Shown: one piece after another, positions 22,439-39,199 of the stretch
How positions within the stretch are numbered: the first letter of the stretch is position 1
How the letters are laid out: each line of letters opens with the position of its first letter
Position numbers and translations under genes: made by a program
Source: Yuukianura sp. NJ FZ-2021
Lineage: Eukaryota
Length of the DNA: 64,000 bases
Assembly (NCBI GenBank): GCA_046563655.1
Contig: CM102284.1
Span: 682,001 to 746,000 of the forward strand
Direction: 5' to 3'
The notes under the pieces: generated by a model
Database searches by the model: none
Told to the model about the DNA's origin: nothing
What the model saw: the letters and a program-made list of their open reading frames with translations, nothing else

Positions 22439-23161
22439 TCCATGACATTATGCAACCTAACTTAATGTTAAGTCCAGAGTCCAGAGCAGGAGTACAGAGC
22501 AAAAAAGAATTTTATATTTCCAAGTTTCATGGACACATTACGAAAACAGTTTTAAATATTTAACCGGAGACATAAAGTCATAAAAGACTAAAAAATAAAA
22601 TATTATAGACTTTCCTCAAGGCTAATTAAACCAATAATTAACAATTACTAATTATACTTAATTACTCACTACTTAATTACGGATTGCTTATTGAACTAAA
22701 CTTATCATCAGAATTATTCCATGATAGCTTTTAGTAAGCTTAACATTTAAGTAAAAAACTTCAACTCAGCTCTGTCCTAATCGTAAAAAAAGAGTTGACA
22801 AGGTACTTATATCTCAAAAGTAATATTTGCGTTTTAGCAAAAAGTGTTAGTACTTTTCTATAGTATACTAATTTTTTTTATAGTATCTCAAAGCACTTTT
22901 GTTTTTTGGTGAAGTTGCACGAACATGCATCCAAAATTTATGATTGCGTGTCGTAACTGTTGTTTTGGCTCGGAGAATCCTGGAATTTGATTCTGCCCTT
23001 GGAGAGTTCCAGAAAAGAGCGGATGTATCCAGAAGAAGCTAAATCTGAAACTTGTCATTCTAGTTTTACAGCCATTAGTTCTGCATGTTACGGCAACTTA
23101 TAGTTCAGAAGCATCCGGTTGAATTAGTTCCATCCAAATTAGCATTAGAAGCGGAAGATGA

Positions 23162-26100
23162 CTAAATGGCATAGGCAATCTGTTCATAGATGATTGGATT
23201 GGTGCTGATGTGTGATTTGGGATCAGTGTCATCCTCAATCTCAGTCTCAGTTTCTGATGTACTGAGGTTGGAGTCTGATGATTCGGTGGATGAGAGGGAG
23301 TGGGTGCGTTGTGGCTGTTCATGTGAAGATCGGATATCCAATTCCAGAAAGTGAATGACCTTGTCCAGTCCACAGAGTTCATTGTGCAGAGATTCTTCCT
23401 CCAGTTCCTCAATTATCGACAACTTTGAAGGACTCGTTCTGCAATTCAAACGAAAAATGTTAATTTAGTATTTATAAGTCAAATTCTTAGGAAATATTAA
23501 CTCATTAACAGCCCTGACAAAAATATTTACTTCCCATTAATATCAATTCACTAAATATTCCAGGGTTTGACCAAAAAAGTCTAGTGATTAGAACATATTT
23601 CTCATTAACAGCCATGGCAGAAATATTTTTCTCTATTGTTCCATTGTTAATTAATGAAATATTCCAAGGTGTAGAATAGAAATATTTAAATATTAGAACA
23701 ATGTTTAGGAAATATTTCTGCATTGCTCATTAATATACACAGCATATAAATTGATATGCATTGACTAATTGTGTATCTGTTCCATTTTCAATGTAATTCT
23801 TGTGATGAGGGTCACGGCTTGATGCAATACAAATGTATGGCAAGTAACAGGTGGAAAAGATTATAACTAAAACCAACTGCTCGTATGTACTTTATTGCGT
23901 CATTAAATTTACCGTAAACAAAATGTAAAGGAAAACAGATTAAACGCAAATCCTTAGAATTAGGCATAAAAATTCTAGGCGGGAGCACACGTTTTACGAC
24001 GCATTTCACCCCGTAAAAATTCTTACAAGATCAGACATCAAACAAAAATTCAAAGTAAAGATTTTCTCGACATCTAAAACAAAAAATCAAGGATTTTCTG
24101 TAAAAGGAAAAAGAAAATCTTGATTTTTTTTGAAGACAGAAAATCTTAACTTTCAATATTTTTGACACGGTTGATTTTCTTAGATTTTTAACAAAAATCG
24201 CAAAAGTTAACAGGGATTCTAAAATATACGTTCATCATAGTTTATAATTACTTAATCATAATTTATGATTAGTTAATGACACTCACCGTTCCTTCTTGTA
24301 ATTGCTGACTGATTCAGAGTTAGTGTAGTAGTTAAGGTAATTTTCAAGGCACGCGAGTCTAGCATTTTGCCGCTGAATTTTTTCCTTTCGAAAGTCAAAC
24401 AGCGCTTCAGCGAGGCGGTTGCGCAGACTCTCTGATAGGATTTTGGCTTTCTCTTTGCCACACAAAATGGCATGACATCTCAGCTCCTGTTTCAATTTCC
24501 GTCCTTCATGCCTGCAAATACAATCAAAAATTTCATTATTCTCCAAATTGGGGTCACATAAAAGTCAAGGTTATTATTCATAAAAAGTCAAAAAAAAGTA
24601 GCAGTAGGGAGCTGTTTTTAGCTTCTGCTTTCAAAAAGCTACAAAATAGCCTCATAAATTTTAGTTTCCAAAAGTCAAACTTTAGAATTGCGACTTCCGC
24701 TGTGATTTGCATCGTGAGCAATGAAATGGAAAGTGTGACAACGGGAAATGGGTCGACATGAAGAGGGGGAGTGATGCATGGTTAGATTAACATAACCTAA
24801 CGAATCAAGTAAGTTAAAGTTAAATTCAAAAGCATGTCGAATAGTAATTCATGCCATCGAATATTCCTTCCTCTTCTGATTGCATGATATTTCTTGTGGT
24901 TTGACATTTGGCAACAAAAAATTTTGCCAAAAATCGCAATAAAAATTGCAAAAGGAAGTCAACCCACACACTCTTAACTTCGAAGTCCAATGCTCAGAAT
25001 TTAAAAAAGAAAAAAAATTACTTATTCGTAAACAACAAATGTGGCAGAAATAGCAAAATTTAAAAAAAATGCTCAAAAAAGAGCAATAATTTCGAAGAAA
25101 AAGACTGCAATGCATAAACAATTCACTGACATAAAAAATTACGAACATGAAAGAGTCTCAATCTGTTTGTCTGTGACCTCGAACTTAAAATAGAAATTTT
25201 TTATTTTGCGAATTTTTGGAAAACAGTTTCGCAAAAGCTGTTTCCCAAAAAATTTCTGCACAGTTTCAAGACTTCGCGTTTTCTAAACAACTGCCAAGTT
25301 TCTGCTTAATGAAATTCCAAAATTTTCCCAAACTGTTTCTTAAATACTTTATGCGTAATTTCATGTTTATGAGGGCAGTTTAAAAAATTGAATGGTTTAT
25401 GTACAGTAGTGTACAGAAGGCGTGTAAAATCTTGTACATTGTACAGAAGGCGTGTACAGCAATGTACAGAAAGTACTGACGCTAAAACGAAATAGCGTTT
25501 AATTGAATTCTAGTAATTGCCAATTCATATGCAAACTGCCTCTGACAAATTTCGAAAATTCGGTGAGGCTTTAAGCACCAGGCTTGTAATTAGCAGGAGC
25601 CGTAAATCAATTTTCAAAATTTGCATCTTTTTTAAACAAACATTAAAATCCAATTTCAAAATCCATTAAAAAGTTAAGCCTAATTAGAAAATTATGGAGC
25701 TAAATAGAGGTAATGAAGTCAGAATCTATGAAAATGTTTTCCATTTTACAATGATCAGGGAAGGTCAAAGTCTACAAATTGATTAATTAGGTTACGATTA
25801 GATTAATTACCAAAAACAATTAACTTTAATTATGACGTAATTATGTGTTTACCTGTAAATCCAGCAGAATAGGGAAGGATAGTCATGTGGTACGCCGCAC
25901 CATGTGAGACGATTGTTCCAGTACTCTGTGAGTCCATGTTCACGCGTTTCAGCTTGGAGGCCAGCAGGGCATACTGTCAACGTCATCCTGATTGCACCCC
26001 GACCTTGGACATGATTTTTCCAGAGGGCAGAGGCAGGGCGTTCCAGGGACCCGTTCCCCTTGGGGAACGTTGTTATGACGTTTCCTAGGTATGTTCCCTT

Positions 26101-26253
26101 GACAACGGGGTCGTCATGGGTGATATTGGCGGATTGAGAGCGGAGCAACTTCCGAAGTTTGGCGTGCAAAAGCGGAAGTAGTTTTTCAGAAGAGGGTTGA
26201 TCTTTGGAGTCTTTGCGTGACCGGTCTCCGCTTCCTCCAGAAGTTCCAGGCAT
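23162..26253 (-). CDS. FAM43A: FAM43-family PTB/PID_2 domain protein (3 exons)
   Basis: Exons 26253-25853, 24511-24287, 23438-23162 in frame. ITHDDP...YLGNVIT...KGNG...LWK...MTLTV...FCWIYR-HEGRKLKQELRCHAILC...ALFDFRKEK resembles FAM43A ITSEDP...YLGNATT...FAWVYRHE...LRCHAVL. Confidence 0.85.
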
Positions 26254-27266
26254 GATTACAATTTTTCGTCTATAAAAATTATACAAAAACAATTATTTAC
26301 ACAAACGAAAGCGGAAATAATTATTTACTTTAGTCTTTGTTAGTCCTCCATTCATACTAAAGTAGCCTAACTCTAGTTAAATTATGTTAGCCTAAAATTT
26401 TCACCTAACTCAAACGTTTCATAACAGCCCAAATAGCCAAGTTATGCTGATAAAAACCGGCCAGAAAATAACAACCCAAGTAACAATGCAGGTTGTTGTT
26501 GATCTCTGGATGCTTAAATCACCTGAGATAAGTGCTGAGCGGTGCTCCCATCGGTAACAATAACAACTATTGTATAAGTTAAGTTAGGTTTTGGTCCGAT
26601 TATGTTAGTTTTTGGATTCCGGTGTCTTTGTACTTAATGACTGATAGCTGATAACTTTTTTCGGCCTATGTAAAGTGCACCAGACAAGAAACAATATCCA
26701 TTGTTTCCATATCCAGAAAATTCTTAAGTGTTATGCTTTCGTTTGCACTTGCTGATTTAAAGTTATCACGTCGGTAGAGTCTGATCAATAACACTAGTCG
26801 CACAATTAGATTGATTGATTAGAAATGTTACATGCAGCTTATTATGTCAGTCGTCATTTTAGTCATAAACACTTGAACAATTACTGTTAACAAGTACTTT
26901 TACCTAATAAATCAAAGTCCAATTGTTAACTATGCCCCAATTTCAAACTAAAAACAATAACTTTTTGTAATGACAAAGGACAAATAGCTTTTAAAAGAAA
27001 CGCAATAACCTTCAAATGTACACAAATGTAACACCAACCTGTTGCTTGGGATGCTGTCCACACTTGGTGATGGTGACTGTTTGTGTCAATCTGATGAAAT
27101 TGACCTGAATGACGTCGATGTTGTCGTAACGATAACGTTGCAATTGGAACAATTGATGTAGTACGTACACGTACAGCTTCTCAATTTAGAATGAATGACG
27201 AGGATGACCAACGGCCAAAGTTCCAGGAACCAAAACAGAGTGTGGTGCAATTGTCGGTATAAGTCT

Positions 27267-27845
27267 AGTATGTTCACCGATTTCTTTCAATTTTTTGGAA
27301 ATTCGAAACAAAAATAATTTTTTTTGATCTCAAAAAAAAAATATTTTTTTCATTTTTGAAAAAAAATTTGAAATTTTTTTGTTTCATTTTCAAACTTGGT
27401 TTTGAATTCAAGTGTCTAAACACAATATGAGTTTTGTCTAATGTAAGACAAAAAAGTACAAATTTTTTCTTATTGCTTCTACAGTTAGATAACTGAGGTA
27501 GGTTAGGTTCAACTCGTTATTTACTCTTTCATCCTAGTTAGAATGTATTTTCCCTTTGGTTAGATTCAAATAGTGATGTACTTGAACCATTTGATGGCAG
27601 CTTTGAACCCTCCAAACCTTAAGTCAATTGGTTTCTCAAGTACATTTTTAAAACAACTTAGCTTCCTAGAACAAAAATTCGTTCATATTCGTGTTTAGCA
27701 TACCTGAATTAGTCTAAAAACCAATTTTGCCAAATCTGAGACAAAAAAACAATTTTTTTTCTTTTAAAAAAATAGTTTTTTGAGACCCCTCAAAAAATTA
27801 TACTTATCACAAGTTAAAAAAATTATGAAAGATCGGTGCACGTAT
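27267..27845. mobile_element. MITE with degenerate terminal inverted repeats
   Basis: Left TATGTTCACCGATTTCTTTCAATTTTTT versus right AAAAAATTATGAAAGATCGGTGCACGTA (reverse-complementary, imperfect). Confidence 0.55.
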
Positions 27846-28769
27846 CCCAATTGTCTGTCAAAGTGTCAAATGAGGTCACTCACTTTATAAAGAAAACTTG
27901 AAAGATTAGTAAAGTCAAGTGACTTCCTGCTAAGTGTTAATCAATTACTTGGATTACTTGTATCTCCAACGGCGGTCGTATACCAACTGACTTGAGTTGC
28001 TTGTTAACCGTTGACTTTATATGTTATTTTCCGGTGTGTCCGGATGATATGACGAGTAGTAGTTGTGGTTAGGCGAGTATCTACTGAGCAAATGATGGAT
28101 CAGTCGTCTCTGCCACAAGGGTTTTCCTCTTCATGCAGCACCTACAGTAATGTTATACAGTAAAGTTAAGTTAATGATTAACGCTATCGTTAACTTTATA
28201 TCTTCTGGTGTATCCCCAGAGGATGGGTTCTGGATGGTTGACTCACCAGATTCACTGGCCGTCCTGTTGACTTTTGAAGATGAAGTCCAATGTTAATGAG
28301 GAATTAAGGAGTTTAGTGTTGCTAATGAACCTCACATGACGATTTGACTTGTGACGACGATAGGAGCCACCTCCAGAACTTAAGTCAATTTGGTTACTTA
28401 AGTCAATTTAATGTTAAAACAACGTTAGCGTGTCCAGCAGTCAGCGTGCTTTGGTTTTAGATGATACAGCGACTGATGATTTCCCACTAATCGTCACGCA
28501 CTCACTTACTTTTTACGTGATACTTGCACAGTGGAGTCCAAATTCAAAACAATTTTTTCTTCTTTCTATGGATAAATGAATCCAGTATGGACTGGAAACG
28601 AATCTGGACAACAAGATAATTGCAGAATTGTGCACACCCGTAACGTTAAAGCTTATTAAGTAATTGGATGTCACGTTAATCATCTACCCCTTCATCCCTC
28701 CAAATCCCTGGGAAGGGGTTTAAACTAACAAATTTGTTGTAACCCTGCTGATTCCTAATCTTGACGAAA

Positions 28770-29045
28770 TTCTGACCGTGAATCAAGACTCCTGATCCGG
28801 GTCCGGGATCAAGATTCCTGACCAAATCCTGATCCTGAACCAAGATTCTTGACTAGAAGTTCCGCAAATAATGGAATCCTGAATTCTGTATTGCGTCGTC
28901 TGACCAATTCCTGAACTTGACTCAGGATTCCTGAGACTTAAAGTTTGTTGAATACCTGAATCCTGTGCAAATCCTGATCCTGAATCGGGATTCCTGATCC
29001 TGACTATAAGTTAATGCAAACACCCGAATCCTACAATCCTAAGTG
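28770..29045. repeat. Degenerate (AATC/GATT)CCTGA-rich repeat region
   Basis: Many copies of TCCTGA / GATTCCTGA / AATCCTGA spaced over about 270 bp. Confidence 0.6.
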
Positions 29046-32000
29046 TAGCTCCACACTGCTTGAATACTGAATAAGTTAGGTATTGTATCCTAAGGTAAGT
29101 TGAAGTTAAGGATGAGTAATTGACAAGGAAGACAATTGACAGGGGGTGGAGATTTTGGACGGGTGGGAGGGTAGGGGGTTGGGGGTTGAAAGATGCGACA
29201 GACTTTAAGGCGAGAGGGTGGCTTGATTTGGCAAAAAAAAAACATACTTTTTTTGGACATGAGAATGAAGCTGTCTGTCACTTTCCCATTCCGTGTTACT
29301 TGTGCAATTTTTTTAACTTTTTGCAAACTTGGAACAAGAATTTGCAAATTGTGAATTACAAAAAAAAAAGGATAACTTGGCATTCAAGGTCATCCGAAGT
29401 TTCCACATGAAAACTTTAATTAAACTGGAAACTCGAATTTAGCTTTAAATTTAAAACTTACATAACTTGTTTTTCGAACCAACTTTTACGGCTTGCAAAT
29501 TTGAGAATTTGTAAGCTTCAAAAGCATTTCCGAGAAATTTGCAAGGTTAAAAATTCTTTCACGCTGTTTACGCAGAAATTGAATTTGCAAAAATACCTTT
29601 TACAACTTTGCCATCCTGCTTTCTGACAGTGACGTTCGCAAAATTGTTGTTGCAAATTGTTGCCATTGTTTGACACTTAAAATTCCAATTCATGACTCAA
29701 GCCATTTAAGTACATCACAAAAGCACAAGCTAGCAGGCGTGCCGGCAATGAGAAATTGCCAAAAACTAAAAAATTACGGGTTCTTGTTTTTGCAAAAAAA
29801 TTTGCAAAGAGCTAACGGTCGTCGACATTTTCGCAAAAAAAAATCTGCACAGTAGCAGGACGACTCAAAGAATTTTAATTTTTCTTAGACTAGAAGGGAA
29901 ATAAGCGTGATTGTTTTGAAACCAAAAATTATCACGTAACCAAGCGAAAAAAATGGCGCTTAAGCCAGTTTCACACAGAACGCTGATTAAAACAATTGCC
30001 TTAGTCGCGAAAATTAGCGATTGTTGTGGAAACTGGGCTTTACAAAGTGAGAAAAAACCGTTTTCGTCCCTTTGAGTCCCTTTGAAAATGGTTTCAAAAA
30101 TTTTGTTGAAATCAAGCCTTATTTCCCCTCTAGTCTAGAGAAAAACGTCGAAAATCGCCATGACAACTCTCTGGGACGACTAAAAGCTGATGCTTTTGTT
30201 TCTGCCAATGTCAACAACGTTGATCTGGACACTCTAAAATCCTGCAGCAAATGCACAGATTTGTTTCACAAATTTTTGCACAAAAAAAAAAAGCAACAAG
30301 TTTTTCAGTTTTTCTATCTTTAGTAGTTTTTGCAATTCAATTTTTGGTTGGATCATACGAGCTATGTGACGTTTTTTTTTTCTAAGAATTCTAAAAATTC
30401 TACTAAAAATTCTTTTTTCAAATTGTTAAATTTTAATTTATTCATACATGTGTTGGCATTTTCAAAAAAAAAGTTTAAACTGCTTACATACAGATGTTGT
30501 GCAAGGGAAATCCGCTTATTAAAGATTCGTACGTTTAAATTTCGGATTATAAATAATATCCTTTGCATTGCAAAAAAAAAAACATCGCAAATAATATTGC
30601 AACACACGGAATGTCGGAATTTTTTTTTTTTGAAGTGTTAACTATTACATTTACCACTTTTTCGAAATTGGCTAAATTACTTTCATTATTTAGAAAAAAA
30701 TGACCAAAAGCTGAATTGATCTAGATTTTGACAAACCGTTTTTTGAAAATGATGATAAGTGTGCTTAATTAGAATGATCTTGAACTGACCGTTTAATTAT
30801 CTCAAGTGCCACGGTTGCCATACACTGCCTTTCAGCATCTCTACTAGAGCAAGACTAAAAGTAGTCATGAAAGTGACGATAACTTGGACATGTCATGTCC
30901 ACTTTCTTTTTTTCTCGGTCAAAGGTTCTAAAAACATAACCTATTAACATCAGTCACGTACACTTTTCAAATTAGAACTAAAAGTTATCTTAAACAGCTT
31001 TACTCCTTCTAAGACAAACATGTTTCACCTAAAAACAACGATGACCTTTGACCTCCAGGACAAAAGTCATCTTTGCTTTTCCTTAAGTTAAGTAATGAGT
31101 TAGTTTTACAAATGCATAACACTGACGATAACGCCAGGCACTACTAAAAAGCTGAGCGTTTGCGTTTTCGAGTCGATTTCTAACGATTTTCGTAGCGAAT
31201 GGAAAATTTTAATTTTTATATTTATTTGTCGGCGTCCTCCCAGCACGCATTGCAAAACTGCTCGTGTAATTTTTTTTTAATTTTTAATTTTTTTAACCGC
31301 GTGCCCCAACCGTGCAACGATAAACGACTCGTAATTTTTTTTTCAATTTTTTTTTACGTTTTGCGCTGATTCACCGGCATATTTTGAAGATTTTCGTTTA
31401 AATGAAAAGTGTGAAGTTGATATGCAAAAAAGTGGCGATTTAGAAATTAAAATTTAAAATTGACGGTAACGCACTACTTAAAATTGACAAAAATTCTCAA
31501 AATGCGGTTTAATCTCACGATCTATAAAAAAAAGCCACAAAAGTTCAGAAAAGTAGAAAGATGCGAGATGATGAGGGTGATAAGATGCCGCAAAGATGAC
31601 AGTTTTTGCAAAGCCCTCAATGACAACTAGGTTGGAAACCTTGGATATGCCAGACATCACGACTACATTGACATTAGACAATGTCACATCTTCTAATTGC
31701 ACAATGTCACAGGACATTCGTAAGCTGGCATGACATGTGACATGTGGCATATACACATGTGACATGTGGCATATATGTTGTAGGTGCTAAAAAGCAACTG
31801 ATTAACTAACAAAAAATTTGTTAATCATGTACGTCACTTATGTTTTTTGTTCATTCTCAACATTAACAAAAAGTCAACAGAAAGGTTTTAACACAAGTGC
31901 GATAAAAATTTTAAGGATTGCAAAAGTTTTTGCAATTCCGTCGAAAACTATTGTTCTTTTGTAATTCTGTTGAAAATTGCATCATGTTCATTCATATTTT

Positions 32001-32837
32001 AAGTTGGAAGTTAAGAGAAGTTTAAGTTGTCAACTGTCAGTGATTTTCCAGAAGTTGAATTGGCAAGGACATGAACTCAACAGTTTAACACCCTCATGTC
32101 AAAAGTTGCACTTTTTAGCATGACAAGCTTCGCTTAAGTTTCAATGAAGCCTTTCATCCTGTTTCACCAAAAAAAAAGTGGGATGATATGTTTAACTGGA
32201 ACTGATCTTAATAAATTAGTGACCGGATGATATACTCATTAAACCAATTCAAGAGAAATTTCAAAGGTTCTTTTTAGTAAAAGTCGTTGACTTTTTCATC
32301 GTTGAAAAATTCATACGAAAATCGTCTTCAAAGAAGAAAAAAGTTGCGATGAAGTTTTTCGGAACAGCTTTTTTTTTCAAAGTTTGCTTTGGAAAAGGAT
32401 TACAGTTTAAATTTTTGAAAATTGAGTTGAAGTAAGGTGAAACTTTTAAAGAGAGAAGAAAAACAAGTATTTTTTCGAATTAAAAATTTCGGAAAGATTA
32501 CATACAATTTCGTTGTTCTGCGTAGTATGTTTCCAAACTGAAAAATTGTCAAATTGAAAGTCAAATTCTGACAATGAATGACGCGTAAAAATTGAAGCAT
32601 TAATAGTGCTAATTTTTAAAGTACTAATCAGCTCTTTGTTAGTTGGAAGTGTGACATTAAAATATTTAAGATTAACAGATTTGGAAAAAAACCCAACCAC
32701 AAGTACTAATTTAATTACACACCTATTAAAAATGCTAATACATGAAGTTACTTTGTCAAAGTGTTTGTAATATCGCTTACTTCCGTTAATTGACCCGTCC
32801 AACTCTATAGAAAAATTAACATGGATGGCATCATCAC

Positions 32838-33075
32838 CAGGGATGCCAAACATATTTAGTCTCAATACCCGTAATTTTAATTAAAAAAATATTTGAGGTT
32901 TCGTTAATAAATATTTAATTCCTGGCTCATGCCATTAATGTTAATTAACATTAAAAGAATTTTTTTTTAAATCATCCAAATATTTACTTATTTAAATAAT
33001 TAAATATTTGGATGATTTAAAAAAATTGTTTTGCCCATATTTCGGGGTTTTTAGCACATACTTTTGACAACCCTG
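32838..33075. mobile_element. hAT-type MITE with internal long palindrome
   Basis: TIRs CAGGGATGCCAAA and TTTGACAACCCTG. Flanks ATCATCAC / ATAATCCC (6 of 8 identical, a decayed 8-bp TSD). Internal palindrome at about 32960-33027. Confidence 0.65.
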
Positions 33076-33976
33076 ATAATCCCTGTTTACAAAAACGTCC
33101 GAATACCCTCATATTGTCCAACCACAACATAGCATGATACCGTAACCACCGTACAATACATACAAATAGTAACCGTGGGTTACGTAACCACAGCGAGGTT
33201 ACGTAACTTCGTATCCCGGAAGCATAACCAGACCGATGTATCCTGGAAATCCGAAAAGAAGTTGATTAGAGCACGCGTGCTCCTAGCGGGGTCAATTGCC
33301 TCGGTAATGGACAATTTCAATGCAGATTTTAATTGCTACGGTGATAACTTTCGTAAAGTAATTGAAATTGGGTAATTGTGTCGTAATTTATGTCAATGAT
33401 GATTTATGCATTGCGCCTCATCTTCGTGTCTTGTGCGTCACAACTAGAAGTCATTCAAAAAAGTTACTTCATAAAAGGTCGTTCGAAATTTCGAAAGACC
33501 TTGGTACAAGTTGTAAGATGTGAACATTACGTTAATGTTAAAAACATGAAGCACAAGACACAAGATTATTTTTTTGGATGACTTCAATTGAGGTCAGTTA
33601 AACGTCTTTGAATCTTCAAAAAACGAAAAAAGTTCAAATTAAAATCAAATTTTGACTTTTAGAAGATAATTTATTCATAATTTATTATAAGCTGTAAACT
33701 TACTTTTTTAAAGTCTTTCTCTTTATATCATGACAGTCAATTTCCTCTTTATGATTTTTATCAAGATTCATCCGAAGTTTTAAATTGTTCTTATCCTTAA
33801 GTTTAGAGAAGAAACACACTCAATTCCTACAAAAGTTAATGGAAAGAGGTTAAGGTCAAGGTCAAAGGTCAAATATCTTGAAGAAAATTAACAAATTCTG
33901 AGTTTTTTGAGGCGGGAGGACACGATCGATTTGAAAATTAACTTTTCGGAGCTAGAAACGTTTTATAACGTTTTTT

Positions 33977-35649
33977 TTAGTCGGATGACGTGAGTGGAGC
34001 GACGTCCCAAATTTTAATGACGCGGTCACTTCCGACTGTCAGCAGAAGATTCCGCTCTACGTCGAGACTTAGGGTGACAATAGAATGTTTGGCTTCATGG
34101 AAGGATGCGAGGGACACTTTGCTGTAAACAGAGGTCAAGAGGTCAATTAATTGAAAACTTAATTAATTGATTGATTTACTTACTCTGAGTCTTTAACAGC
34201 GGCATGACATGTGTCACAGACTCTGACTTGGAATTCAAAGCCCAGCCGCGGAAGAGCCATTCTGGTTGAACTACATTTGTCACAAATTGCTTTTCCGCAG
34301 GAGCGGCAATGATGTTGTCGTTGACCCATTTTCTTATTTTCAAAAATGGATTTCAAATTCCAGAAAAATGGAACTTTACAAATCTCACAAGAGTCTGATT
34401 CAGCCCATGCTGGAGTCTCATTTCTAGTAGCTTTCATGTCCCATGCAACCAAAATGGAATCCTCTCCTCCAGAAATCAGCTGTGATGATTTGTCCAAATA
34501 GGCCAACCCTGTCACCTTGCTCCTACAAAAACGAAAAATCTCAATTCAGTTTACATTTCAAAATTTCAGAAAACGTAAAAAAACGTTTTGTTTAAAGTAC
34601 TTGTGTCCCTGAAGTTCCAGAACTTGGCCACGCCCCCCACCAATGTTCCATACACAGATTTGCTGGTCGAAAGCGCCCGAAAAGAGAAGTGACGACGTCG
34701 GTTCCCAGAAGAGAGAACGAATTGTCCCCGTGTGACCCTTAAAAGTAGTGACGACAGTCAGAGCGCTTTTATCCAACTTCAGCATCGTGATTTGTCCAGA
34801 ATAATCGCCCACGAACGCATGACCGCTGCTGACATCGTACCTGGAAGAGACGAAAACGTTTAAAAATCGTTCATTGTAGAATCACACCGTTACAGGAACG
34901 AACTTACTGTAATGCTGTGCACCATGCAGCGAAAGAATGTGAAGCAATGATGTTGGCCGTTCTCTGATCCGCCCACACGAAAGTCTTGTCACGTGACGTT
35001 GACAGTACTGAGCCGTTAGTGTAGTGAACGGCCGTGATTCTCCCGACGTGGCTTAGAATATCGATTTTCTGTTCCAACTTGTTGCAGTCAGGTGACAAAA
35101 CGTAGTAAATGATGGTTCCATTTTCCAAACCGACGTAAATGTCCTTCCCTTGTAAATGAAGACATGTAGCTTGACTCGGGACGTATTGACAGACCGAAGG
35201 CCCTGAAATAATAACAAGCACATTGTAGACTCCGCCCATCAATTAACTGAAGTAACTCCGATTTAAGATTTATTCTTAACTTACAATATTGCCCAGAGTC
35301 ACGCTTGAGCCATATCTGAACTGTCCTGTAAATCATTCGCAAATTAGGCCATAACGTTAATCATGAATTCAATTAATTAAGAGGTTATCAGTGTAATGTC
35401 AAGTTACTTGTCGTCTCCTGCAGTGATTACGCCGTCTTCTCCTGGAATAAGTCTGGCATCGTTCAAGTCCTGAAAATTGAAGATGATTAGTTGAATTCCA
35501 ACTTTAGTTAATCAATTATTAATCAATGCCGATACGATTTTTTCTTCTGTGACAGTTAGACCAACCTCTGTGAATCCTTCAACTTTGCCGACAAGTGCTG
35601 GCTTCTTGTTCGTTGCAAACTTTACGCCTGGACGTATCTCAGCTGCCAT
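33977..35649 (-). CDS. WDFY2: WD repeat and FYVE domain-containing protein (WDFY1/2)
   Basis: MAAEIRP..., [18 protein letters not shown]40 repeats, FYVE domain [17 protein letters not shown]...[17 protein letters not shown]...[12 protein letters not shown], final [13 protein letters not shown]. Stop TAA at 33979-33977. Confidence 0.95.
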
Positions 35650-36826
35650 TACTGCAAGTAATTATGCCGAATTAATCGTTTTAATTACTAATCAATTAAG
35701 ATTCAAGGTGAAGTGAATGATGGTGAGCTACACGTCGTTCTTACTTCGGGGCTTTGAAGATGTGTCAACTCAGGTCTTCGTCAATCCAGAGAACGAGAAG
35801 TCCAGTCACCTGTTAAAAAAAATTCCAAACCTCAACGCAAAAAGTAAACACCTCCTCCCCATGCAATTCCACATTCCAAATGGAATGGCATTTGACAAAA
35901 TTAACCCAAAATCGCTGGTCGCAGTTTCGCGGGTTAATCTTAGCTGCGATCCGCCATTTTGGGATATCCCCAAGTACCTTCTTCATAGCAATTTTTACGG
36001 TCTCTTAATGCTTATTATCAAAGTTTAGCTCATCGAATCTTCAAAAACCCATCCACTCGAACTCATTACCCCTTTTGACGCGATTCATGGGGGTCATTCT
36101 CATTACTATTCGTGGGTACGCTATTATAGGTTTATGATTACAATATTGGTTGATGGGTGCAAGCAGGTGGGTTCAAGGATACGCTATACTATAGGTTCGT
36201 GTTTTCGTTGAAAAGTGCGTTATACTGGGTTCTTATGGGTATTTTTGGGTGTTTTCAGTGATATCCGACGATTCCGAGGATTAATTACCCTATATCGAAT
36301 GAGCTTTGCTTTCCCTAGGCCCTTGGGCGTATGAGCCTCGCCCCTTGCTCTCTCCCTGCCAAAATTCATCTCTTTTGCTGAAAAGTGAGAAAGCGAAAGG
36401 AAATATGAGTCACCCACTTTCCACCCATTCACAGATCACTCATCTGTTTCTGTAGATGATAACAGCATCATCTTCTATTGTCAACTTTTTATACCTACCT
36501 ATCATACTTTTCAGTCCAGGAACAAACAATCACAATCCAAGAGTCAACAACGGACATGCTTCTCTGACAATTAATCCCCTCATCGGCAATTGATTGGAGT
36601 CAGACGAAGTTGGCAGAAGAGGACTTAACATTAGACAGCCGATTTTATAGCAGGCTCCTTCCGTATTTGGTAAAACACATTACATATTCATCCAGTGCCT
36701 TCGTTTTGCTCATTGTCGTCGCTAAGCAACGGAGGAAAGACTGGCTGCTACGGAGAAAAGCGACCTTCAAGGAGGGCAACTGTCGTTGAGTAGGCTAAAG
36801 GTCAAGGGTCGTCGGTCAAGAAGAGA

Positions 36827-39199
<2,373 letters not shown>

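Noticed and set aside
26300..33600. Short ORF-track entries in the long intergenic region
   Set aside because: Low-complexity F/K/N/L-rich translations with no motifs or coherent splice structure.
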